Part shown: positions 17,614-25,228 of the stretch, piece by piece | How positions within the stretch are numbered: the stretch's first letter is position 1 | Layout: each line of letters starts with the position of its first letter | Assembly: GCF_000021965.1 (NCBI RefSeq) | Contig: NC_011832.1 | Location: forward strand, 1,993,242 to 2,025,241 | From: Methanosphaerula palustris E1-9c | Lineage (GTDB): Archaea; Halobacteriota; Methanomicrobia; Methanomicrobiales; Methanospirillaceae | Direction of reading: 5' to 3' | Length of the DNA: 32,000 nucleotides | Notes under the pieces: generated by a model | The model's database searches: none | Told to the model about the DNA's origin: nothing | Seen by the model: the letters and a program-made list of their open reading frames with translations, nothing else | Translations under genes and position numbers: made by a program

Positions 17614-17622
17614 TATATATAA
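17614..17622 (+). promoter_or_regulatory. TATA-box candidate (tatatataa)
   Basis: It lies 36-44 nt upstream of ATG 17658, in an AT-rich intergenic stretch. Confidence 0.45.
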
Positions 17623-17657
17623 CTCGAAAAGCAAATTATTAACCTGGACGGGGTCTG

Positions 17658-18413
17658 ATGGGGAGCAGAGATAAGGGAAGAGTGCTGATCATCCTCTCCG
17701 GGGCGGATCACCTCAGGATGAAGAACGGGACGATGCTGAAGACTGGATATTATCTGAATGAACTCTCCGATCCGCTCGCGTACCTCCATCGGGCCGGGTT
17801 CAGCGTTGACTTTGCATCCCCCGGGAGAAGAACTCCTGCCATCGATCCCCTGAGCCTGAACTTTCTGAAAGGGGAACGAAGGACACAGGCGCTCGCACGG
17901 GTCGAGACCCGTGAAGGGTTGATGAGGCCGCTGGCGATCGAGCGGATCACCGACGATGAACTGACCGATTACTCGGGTGTCTTCGTCCCGGGCGGACATG
18001 CACCGATGGCAGACCTCGCCGGCATGGAACGGATGAAGATACTCTTCGAACATTTTCACCGGGGATACAAACCCACCTGTCTGATCGGCCATGGGGCGGC
18101 CGCAGTGATCCCCTCGATCACGCAGAACAGGCCCTGGATCTATCGGGGCTACCGGATGACCTGTTATCCAGACTGGATGGACTGGATCGCACAGGCCGTA
18201 CTGAGGCGCCTCCCAGGGAAACTCCCCTTCTCCATCTCCCGAAACCTGAAGCGCGCAGGTGGGATCGTCAGGCATAACCACTTTCCAGGACGATCATTCG
18301 TCATCGAGGACCATGAACTGCTGACAGGACAGGATCCAAGGTCTGCAGACCGGCTCGGGAGAGCGTTTGTGACGAAACTCGAAGAATACCGGAAGAAGGA
18401 GCCGCTCTTCTGA
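17658..18413 (+). CDS. DJ-1/PfpI (class I glutamine amidotransferase-like) family protein
   Basis: The 251-aa ORF reads RVLIILSG..., then YSGVFVPGGHAP, KPTCLIGHGAAAV at the nucleophile-elbow position, and ELLTGQDPRSA. Confidence 0.75.
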   Translation: MGSRDKGRVLIILSGADHLRMKNGTMLKTGYYLNELSDPLAYLHRAGFSVDFASPGRRTPAIDPLSLNFLKGERRTQALARVETREGLMRPLAIERITDDELTDYSGVFVPGGHAPMADLAGMERMKILFEHFHRGYKPTCLIGHGAAAVIPSITQNRPWIYRGYRMTCYPDWMDWIAQAVLRRLPGKLPFSISRNLKRAGGIVRHNHFPGRSFVIEDHELLTGQDPRSADRLGRAFVTKLEEYRKKEPLF

Positions 18414-18420
18414 GAGGAAG

Positions 18421-18430
18421 ATTTATCATA
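18421..18430 (+). promoter_or_regulatory. TATA-box candidate (atttatcata)
   Basis: It lies about 30-39 nt upstream of ATG 18460. Confidence 0.35.
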
Positions 18431-18459
18431 CCATGATACATCAGGATGCATGATCATCT

Positions 18460-18723
18460 ATGAGCACCTGTCCACAATGCGGGATGACCGTGCAGGCCGG
18501 GGTGGTTCTCTGCCCTTACTGTAAGGTGAATATGCATGTCCTCAGAAGGTCAGAACTGAACAGGTCTGAACCCGAGGATCAGAGCCAACAAAAACAGGTT
18601 CATCGTCAGGGGCCGACCCGGGAGAGAAACGCCAGGTTCACAGGTGAAAGACGGCCTGGACCGGACGGACTCTCGATCGGGAAACTGACCGGGGTGCTCT
18701 TCACCTCCGGGCATTACCGATGA
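18460..18723 (+). CDS. Small zinc-ribbon protein
   Basis: The 87-aa ORF starts CPQCG-x11-CPYC. Its N-terminus is paralogous to ORF 20237-21103, and it is followed by an oligo-T terminator. Confidence 0.55.
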   Translation: MSTCPQCGMTVQAGVVLCPYCKVNMHVLRRSELNRSEPEDQSQQKQVHRQGPTRERNARFTGERRPGPDGLSIGKLTGVLFTSGHYR

Positions 18724-18736
18724 CCCGGTCAGATCC

Positions 18737-18743
18737 TTTTTTT
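18737..18743 (+). terminator. Oligo-T (T7) terminator
   Basis: The run cctTTTTTTTcc lies 14 nt after the stop at 18723. Confidence 0.5.
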
Positions 18744-18986
18744 CCTCAGCCAGCCCATCTTTGATTCAACAGAGTGTTAAACATTGTATTCCAGTCCAAG
18801 CAGAGACTGAAAAAGAGTCCTGAATATTTACTAACCTGGGGTTTTCGACGACACAGGAGGGGGTGACGAGGTCTGATCAGATCAGAGGAAGAGTACCGGT
18901 TCTATCTTGAAGCAGACAGGATCGCTCTCGGAAAGAGGGCACACCGGCCGAAATTCTTCGGTGATGAGGTCTGGAAGTTTGAACGG

Positions 18987-19472
18987 TTGATGCGTACGGT
19001 TGATTATAACCATCACTGCCGGTCGGCCTGGTGGTGGGCCCCCTACCGGGCACAGGTCACCGCACGGTTTCACCTGATGGGGCTGCTGTTGAAGTTCACC
19101 ATTCCTCCCGGAGCCTTTGGGCCGGGGCTCGCCCTCGCCAACCGCGGGACGATCGTCGTCCACCCCGATACGAGGGGCGGGGAGAACTGCAGGATCCATA
19201 TCGGTGTCACCATCGGGGCAGCTCTCGACCTGAAGGAAGAAGGCCCCCGGCTTGGCAACAATATCTATATCGGCCCGGGAGCTGCGATCGTCGGAGGGGT
19301 GACGATCGCCGATGATGTCGCCATAGGCGCGAAATCAGTGGTGATCAGGTCGATCACAGACCCGGGGGTCACGGTCGTCGGGGCGCCAGCCAGGACGATC
19401 AGCCGGAAGGGATCAGATCAGATGATCAGAGCGACAGCCATTCTCCGCAACCAGGGAAGACCACATCAGTAA
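18987..19472 (+). CDS. Left-handed beta-helix (hexapeptide-repeat) O-acetyltransferase, serine-acetyltransferase-like; possibly 5'-defective
   Basis: Hexapeptide repeats are present (IHIGVTIGA, IYIGPGAAIVGGVTIADDVAIGAKSVV). The family's N-terminal region (EEEYRFYLEADRIALG...FFGDEVWKFERL) is encoded in frame from 18867, but there is no ATG/GTG/TTG before 18987. Confidence 0.7.
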   Translation: MMRTVDYNHHCRSAWWWAPYRAQVTARFHLMGLLLKFTIPPGAFGPGLALANRGTIVVHPDTRGGENCRIHIGVTIGAALDLKEEGPRLGNNIYIGPGAAIVGGVTIADDVAIGAKSVVIRSITDPGVTVVGAPARTISRKGSDQMIRATAILRNQGRPHQ

Positions 19473-19560
19473 ATTGTGTGGTTTCATGGGAGAACTCTTC
19501 CCTGGCGGCGTCTGGCAGATCAGAACCTGAAGAGAAGATGCGGGAATGACTGCTGGGGAC

Positions 19561-20178
19561 TTATAGTATGGTCCAGGTCCTGACCGCGGCACAATCGGAT
19601 AAACGGCCGGCCACCACCGAAGCGCAACGTTCTGCACACGCCTCTGCAAGTTGAGTGATGAATCCGTCCTCGATCATGATCAGTCTCGGGTTCACCATCG
19701 GCCGAACCTTCCAGTCACACAGCCCGTGGTTATCGATATACCGGAACTCAAGTGAGAAGATCTCTACCCAGCCCCCAGACACCAACCCGGCCGAGTGTGT
19801 TATCTGCTGGGCGACCGGCTCTATCCGTCCTGCCACGATCCCGGAACAGATCTGCGTCATCTCGTCGACAGCCCGCTTCACCTCATCCGGGGGGGCTCTC
19901 ACCGGGAACCCGGCATCAAAGAAGACCGGATCGTTCCCCGGCATGCGGGCACTGGACGCATCAAGGGAGGCTGTCAGCACCATCGCCTCCATTCCCCCTT
20001 CATCGCAGCCACACACCTTCGACCCGGTCACGCCGACCACTCCGTTCCCGGTGCATACCGCCGCACCGCGTTCCACTGTCTGCAATACATCATGCCAGCT
20101 GACGCTGACTGCCGGGTTAATCCTTTCGATTTTCCCAGGACCCTGAGCAGGTATGGGTACTGGTCTCTTCCGAAACAC
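19561..20178 (-). CDS. Hypothetical protein
   Basis: The 205-aa ORF has protein-like composition and no recognisable motif. It is divergent from the zinc-ribbon membrane protein gene, and its start is uncertain. Confidence 0.5.
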   Translation of the reverse strand: MFRKRPVPIPAQGPGKIERINPAVSVSWHDVLQTVERGAAVCTGNGVVGVTGSKVCGCDEGGMEAMVLTASLDASSARMPGNDPVFFDAGFPVRAPPDEVKRAVDEMTQICSGIVAGRIEPVAQQITHSAGLVSGGWVEIFSLEFRYIDNHGLCDWKVRPMVNPRLIMIEDGFITQLAEACAERCASVVAGRLSDCAAVRTWTIL

Positions 20179-20236
20179 TCATTGAACCGGAGGCACGAAG
20201 TGTACTGTCTATCGATCAATAGAAACGTGAACCGCC

Positions 20237-21103
20237 ATGCAACGCTGTACCCACTGTGGAAAAGAGATTCAGGATAATGTCACCCTCTGCCCGTACTGTC
20301 TGAACGGGACGGGCGGAAGTCATCAAAACGACCTCACCAAGGACTGGACCCCTCGACGCGAGGACGGAAGTACCCCCGTTCGGAGAGGTGATGACGAGAC
20401 CGGGGCGGCAGGACGGTCAAATCTGCCGCTCAGAACGGTCGGCATCGCTGTTGCACTGATCGTCTGTGTGATCGTGGCAACCCTGATTGGAACCACGCCT
20501 CAGCACCCGGTACAGGAGTCGACCGACCGGGCGATCTTCAGCGATGTTCTTCAGCAGTATCATACAACCCACCCCTCCAACGACACCTCACTTGCAGAGA
20601 CCGGCCAGGAGACGATCGACCTGGTGGGACTGCTCAAGGCGAAAGGGATCACGGCAAGGATGCAGGCCGGGGCGATCGATCGGCAGATCTCAGGTAGAGA
20701 GGAGGTTAACCGAGCCTGGGTGCTTGCAGGGGTGAACAACAGTACCAAGAGCGCGAACGGCACGATCGCCAACACCACAACATGGCTCGCCGGCGACCCG
20801 GCCAGCGGTGCGGTGGTCACCTACGACCAGAACCGGTACTATTACACGGGCCTCACCTTCAACAACACCACCGCGTTTCAGGATTTTCTGAACGCAAAAG
20901 AAGAGTACCTGACCGCACAGGATGAGTATTCCCAGGCCTCTTCAGCCTTCCAGGATCTCCAGCAGCAGTCGAAGAGCACGCAGGACTACCAGCAGAAGGT
21001 GAAGCTCGACTACCAGATCTATACACAGGCCGCCGTGGTCAGCCAGAAGGAGGAACAGATCAATCAGACCCTCACCCGGTTCTGGTCGGTACCAGTCCAG
21101 TAG
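20237..21103 (+). CDS. Zinc-ribbon / single-TM membrane protein with a transglutaminase-like (apparently inactive) ectodomain and a Q-rich coiled-coil tail
   Basis: CTHCG-x11-CPYC is followed by the TM segment VGIAVALIVCVIVATLIG. GQETIDLVGLLKAKGITARMQAG...NRAWVLAGV...TWLAGDPASG then resembles a transglutaminase core with Cys and His positions substituted. Confidence 0.6.
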   Translation: MQRCTHCGKEIQDNVTLCPYCLNGTGGSHQNDLTKDWTPRREDGSTPVRRGDDETGAAGRSNLPLRTVGIAVALIVCVIVATLIGTTPQHPVQESTDRAIFSDVLQQYHTTHPSNDTSLAETGQETIDLVGLLKAKGITARMQAGAIDRQISGREEVNRAWVLAGVNNSTKSANGTIANTTTWLAGDPASGAVVTYDQNRYYYTGLTFNNTTAFQDFLNAKEEYLTAQDEYSQASSAFQDLQQQSKSTQDYQQKVKLDYQIYTQAAVVSQKEEQINQTLTRFWSVPVQ

Positions 21104-21294
21104 ACAGGAATCAGATTGGCGTCATATGGATGAAACGTCCCGGGTATCCCCTGACCAGAGCCCACTTCATTCACACAGGCTTGCCGGGATGCCCCAGTCA
21201 CCGGTTGCAACCACCAGGCAGAAGATAGATCCACGGAGATTGGCCGATGTACGATCTCAATCGTGTGTCGCGATTGAAAATATCGCAAACCCCT

Positions 21295-21525
21295 TTATTT
21301 CCGGATTGACAGGAGATCTTCAACCGCGTCTACCATGTAGGTGTGAGAATCATACACGCCCTGATTGTAAAATTCCGGTGCTAATTTTTCCAGTATGAAA
21401 TCCAGAATCAGATCCGCCGCCAAATTTCCGATCTCTTCATCTCTCTCTTTAGAAAAAGTCCTGATCTCAGAGATCATGTCGTCCCTTCTCTCTTTTGTTA
21501 CTTTGATAGAATGTTCATCTCTCAT
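21295..21525 (-). CDS. DUF2164 domain protein
   Basis: The 76-aa ORF has EIGNLAADLILDFILEKLAPEFYNQGVYD, the family pattern. It lies in a visibly AT-richer patch. Confidence 0.8.
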   Translation of the reverse strand: MRDEHSIKVTKERRDDMISEIRTFSKERDEEIGNLAADLILDFILEKLAPEFYNQGVYDSHTYMVDAVEDLLSIRK

Positions 21526-22062
21526 TCACTACCCCTCGTATATAAATCGCATCAGATTCAACCAAATTTCCCTTAAACACGGCCAGAATACCGGTAAGAT
21601 TCAGGTGTCCCGATTTATAATACCATTTCGTATGATTTTTCTCTGGTCCATAGAGTAATAAAAATCTCCTCACCTCAACTGCACCCGTTCTCCAGACCGT
21701 CCTCATTTCTGACCAGGAGTAACCCGAGCATGCACGGACCCACGGATCGGGAACTGTTTATGGGGAATGACCTTTGAGTTCCTCTTCAAATGGTCCGATA
21801 ATTCCATTCAATGGTCCAGTCCATTTTTAACCGTAATCTTCATTACCTCCTGCTCTCGGGGAGGAGAGGCAGAATATTCGTTGCTGCAAATAGATGGAAA
21901 ACGGCATTGTGGTTTTCTGGAAAGAGAGATGAGAAGGAGAACGAATCGTTCCAATATGCTGAACTCATCACTATGAGGATCAATGCGGTCGACCTGCTCG
22001 AACACCTGAAGTGCTACAAAGACGGCAGGGCGACCCACACGATCGTCGAAAATGAATTTCAT
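21515..22062 (-). pseudogene. Probable decayed GNAT-family acetyltransferase
   Basis: The C-terminal ORF (21706-21515) ends ...EVRRFLLLYGPEKNHTKWYYKSGHLNLTG, which fits the GNAT pattern l.L.V...N..A...Y.K.GF...G. Upstream, a different frame gives ...ARVTPGQK*GRSGERVQL (V.P..+G+G.G-like), interrupted by TGA codons. Frames change at least once. Confidence 0.4.
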
Positions 22063-22195
22063 CCAGATTATACCTGGAAGACTTCAGGAACTGTTTGCGC
22101 AGGTTCTGTCGATACCTTCATCCTTGCCGGAAGATACTCTTAAGAACTCAGGGAAACGCCCTAAAACGTTCCTGTCCACTCTCACGGAGGAGTCC

Positions 22196-22993
22196 ATGAA
22201 GACCATCATCTATTATTTTACCGGCACCGGCAACTCTCTTGCCGCTGCAAAAGAGATCGGCGCAGCACTTGGTGACTGCGAACTGGTCCCAATTGCATCG
22301 TACAGGGACACAACAGGGGATATTATCCCAGGTGTTGACCGGGTCGGAATAGTAAGCCCGGTTTACTTTACCGGCCTTCCGGTGATGGTAGCCGAATTTG
22401 CTGAACGCCTCGATCGCTCGCAGGCACAGTACGTCTTCTCTGTGGTCACGTTCGGAGGTTCCGGCGGACCGTCGACATTGCACCAGCTCGATAGCATCCT
22501 GAAAAAAAGGCAGGACAGGGGTCTGGATGCTGGGTTCATGGTAAAAATGCCCGGCAATTATATCCTGATGTACGGTTCCCCTATCGGAAAAAAGCGGGAG
22601 AAACTTCTCGCTATGGCTGATGAACAGATCGCGGCAATTACAGCGATGATCAATCGCTGTGAACCGAGGAGATTACCCTCTTCCCTCCTCTTCAGCATCC
22701 TTCACACCCTCATGTACCCGCGTTTCACAGCACATGTCCACGATGATGACCGAAAATTCTCTGTCAATGAGCACTGCACATCATGCGGAACCTGTGCAGC
22801 CATCTGCCCGGCTGAAAACATCGAGATGGTGGACAAAAAACCCGTCTGGAAACACCACTGCGAACTCTGCTGCGGGTGTATCCACCTCTGCCCGGCAGGA
22901 GCGATCCAGGCTGGCTCCCGTACCGCTACCCGGCAGCGGTACCGTAACCCTTCGATCAGCATAGAGGAACTCAAGGGACAAAAGGAAACATGA
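22196..22993 (+). CDS. EFR1-family ferredoxin (flavodoxin-like domain + 2x[4Fe-4S])
   Basis: MKTIIYYFTGTGNSL (flavodoxin-like) is followed by CTSCGTCAAICP and CELCCGCIHLCP. GGAGG sits 5 nt upstream of ATG 22196, and the track's 5' extension to 22052 is unlikely to be coding. Confidence 0.8.
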   Translation: MKTIIYYFTGTGNSLAAAKEIGAALGDCELVPIASYRDTTGDIIPGVDRVGIVSPVYFTGLPVMVAEFAERLDRSQAQYVFSVVTFGGSGGPSTLHQLDSILKKRQDRGLDAGFMVKMPGNYILMYGSPIGKKREKLLAMADEQIAAITAMINRCEPRRLPSSLLFSILHTLMYPRFTAHVHDDDRKFSVNEHCTSCGTCAAICPAENIEMVDKKPVWKHHCELCCGCIHLCPAGAIQAGSRTATRQRYRNPSISIEELKGQKET

Positions 22994-23200
22994 AGACCAG
23001 CAGGTAGGACCGGCACCGGCACCTCGTTCGCCGCTTTAAACTGTGATAGTCGCTGCAGGCACTTCGTGACCGCGAACTGATCCCGATTGCGAAAAAGGTC
23101 GGGACCGTCTGCCCCGCTTACAGGTTCCCTCTCTTCATTTGCTCAAGCCCTGTATTGTCTCAGAGAATAAGGCGTCCAGACATCTCTTCGATGATGGGGT
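22990..23200 (+). pseudogene. Decayed, 3'-truncated tandem copy of the EFR1-family gene
   Basis: It starts with ATGA overlapping the upstream stop. The nucleotides align with the 5' end of 22196-22993: ATGAAGACCA, ACCGGCACCGGCA, and GCACTTcGTGACcGCGAACTGaTCCCgATTGC against GCACTTgGTGACtGCGAACTGgTCCCaATTGC. It is broken by TAG/TGA stops and indels. Confidence 0.7.
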
Positions 23201-23208
23201 GTGACATT

Positions 23209-23214
23209 AAAAAA
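23209..23214 (-). terminator. Oligo-T (T6 on the minus strand) after the carboxylesterase gene
   Basis: The minus strand reads TAG acctccc TTTTTT aatg immediately after the stop at 23224-23222. Confidence 0.4.
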
Positions 23215-23221
23215 GGGAGGT

Positions 23222-24811
23222 CTAATACCCGGTTTTCACCTGGGGAGTAGTATTGATATCCAGATACTGACCGGTCTGATTGTTGTACTGTGGCCAGGTC
23301 ACATTCATGCCGCCGTTCGGGTTGCCGGTCTTTGCAAACCGGGTCCAGAGGTCGACAATATTGTCACTGACCGCCGGATCTGCTTTGAGCTGGGACTCGA
23401 GCCCGAATAACAACAGCGTCTCGCTGCCATGGAATGCCCCATCCGGCTGGCCGGGCAGTGCATAGGAGTACCGGTACAGGTACGTGTTCTTGTTCAGGTC
23501 TGCCATCGATCCGGCCGCGAACTTTGCAGAGTCGGCAAAGTCGTAGCGAGTCATAATCTGGGCCAGGCGGGCCTGGACCTCCTGGGTTGAATTGGCAGAA
23601 TACTGCGCGAGCACAGCATCTGCGTCCTTCCCGAAATAACCCCTGATGAGTGATGTGTACTCCGGAACAGTCATGTTCGCATTCGCGGAGAGGGTGACCC
23701 CGTCATTGGCGTTCGTCCCGATGACGAAGGGAACCGGGTTCTCGCGGTGGAGGCGGAACAGATTGTCCACTGAGTCAGGAAGGATCCATCCGTCGATCGT
23801 TGGCTCAAACTTAAGGGTGTGCGTGTTCTCCCATGAGGACGCCGGCCAGGGTGTAGCATTGATCAGGGCTGCGACACTCAGATTCCGCATCTTCAAAATT
23901 GTATCCGGGCCGGATAATCCAAGGCTGTTGGCGTATTCAACTCCAAACTGTTCGGCGTCGGCCTTTGAATGGACGTTGTCGATAGTAGGCCCGTTCGCCC
24001 AGAAGGGGCCGCTTTCGACGAGTGCCTGCTGGTAGAGCCCTTTACTCTGCGGGCTGACCAGATGGATGAGGACACTCTCTCCTCCTGCAGATTGCCCGAA
24101 TATGGTCACCCGGGACGGGTCGCCGCCGAACGCTCCGATATTGCGCTGCACCCACTGCAGGGCTGCAATCTGGTCGAGGATCCCGTAGTTGCCCGAGCTG
24201 TTGTTTGGGGACTCTGCATCCAGCTGGGGATGAGCAAGGAACCCGAGAGCGCCAAGCCGGTAATTGACGGTGACGACGGTAACCCCTTTCTGTGCAAGGG
24301 TTGTCCCATTAAAGAGCGATACCATACCCGTTCCTTCCACCTCTCCGAATGCCCCACCATAGAAGAAGACCATCACCGGCAGTTTTTCATCAGCACTCTT
24401 TGCAGGAGTCCAGACATTGAGGTACAGGCAATCCTCGCTCATCACGGGTTCACCAGTTGTGGAGTTCGGCGTGATCGGCTGGGGAGGGTTCGCTGCAAAC
24501 GTCTTCGTCTCCTTCACGCCGGTCCAGGGCTGCACTGCCGCAGGAGGTCGCCACCTGAGGTCTCCCACCGGGGGAGCCGCGTAGGGTATACCAAAATATG
24601 TCGAGATCCCGCTCTGATTCACCCCCGAAATAGGGCCGGCGTCAATCTTCACAATACTGGAGTTGATCACTTCACCACTGGAGTTGTTCTGCACAATACC
24701 GGGTTCCGGGCTTTTCTGCGTACATCCAGCACCAAGAACGAGGCCGGATAGGATCACAGCAATTACCAGTATATATGCAGGTGATCTCCAATGTTTCCCT
24801 ATTTCAGTCAT
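23222..24811 (-). CDS. Type-B carboxylesterase/lipase family protein (para-nitrobenzyl-esterase-like), predicted lipoprotein
   Basis: The 529-aa ORF has a signal peptide with a lipobox-like LVLGAGC. It also has FGIPYAAPPVGDLRWRPP, EDCLYLNVWTP, FYGGAF and the nucleophile elbow FGQSAGG. Confidence 0.9.
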   Translation of the reverse strand: MTEIGKHWRSPAYILVIAVILSGLVLGAGCTQKSPEPGIVQNNSSGEVINSSIVKIDAGPISGVNQSGISTYFGIPYAAPPVGDLRWRPPAAVQPWTGVKETKTFAANPPQPITPNSTTGEPVMSEDCLYLNVWTPAKSADEKLPVMVFFYGGAFGEVEGTGMVSLFNGTTLAQKGVTVVTVNYRLGALGFLAHPQLDAESPNNSSGNYGILDQIAALQWVQRNIGAFGGDPSRVTIFGQSAGGESVLIHLVSPQSKGLYQQALVESGPFWANGPTIDNVHSKADAEQFGVEYANSLGLSGPDTILKMRNLSVAALINATPWPASSWENTHTLKFEPTIDGWILPDSVDNLFRLHRENPVPFVIGTNANDGVTLSANANMTVPEYTSLIRGYFGKDADAVLAQYSANSTQEVQARLAQIMTRYDFADSAKFAAGSMADLNKNTYLYRYSYALPGQPDGAFHGSETLLLFGLESQLKADPAVSDNIVDLWTRFAKTGNPNGGMNVTWPQYNNQTGQYLDINTTPQVKTGY

Positions 24812-25208
24812 AATATCATTCCACCGATAAAGGCTAGTATGACTGAGGGTTCTAGATTAATGGATCGATCGGCATCCCGCAGAATACACATTATTGAAGA
24901 ACATACCAGGCAAACAGTCAAAGGCACCGCAATCCCTCTGATCGTTGACAGAAGGCCCGGACTGAAATTCTCCTGTTCCTGCACGATCGCCCAGTCTCCT
25001 CTCCGAGCAACCAGGTTGAACTGGTAAACAGCGAGATGAATCTGCAGCAGGGAGTTTCTAGGACAAAATGATGATCGGTCTGGTTCTGCTGGTTCAGGAG
25101 AGAGATTTCAACCGTAACGATCAGCCGATCCCGGCCTCTCCTGTGGAGGATCGAGGAAGATCTCTCTCCCTCCGTTGACTAAAGGCCGGGCAGAACAGTA
25201 GTGATTTT

Positions 25209-25216
25209 AAAAAAAA
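25209..25216 (-). terminator. Oligo-T (T8 on the minus strand) after the LTD-protein gene
   Basis: An A8 run on the plus strand lies 13 nt past the stop at 25231-25229. Confidence 0.5.
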
Positions 25217-25228
25217 GGAACGTCCGAT

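Noticed and set aside
18875-18884. Tandem 5-mer gatca-gatca as the cause of the acetyltransferase 5' frameshift
   Set aside because: Deleting one copy does not bring the GTG at 18863 into the acetyltransferase frame (offset stays non-zero modulo 3).
22052-22195. 48-codon 5' extension of the EFR1 ORF, and ORFs 21808-22062 (-) and 21811-22143 (+)
   Set aside because: GGAGG plus the ATG at 22196 gives the canonical MKTIIYYFTGTGNS start. The upstream ORFs have no family signal except as possible GNAT debris.
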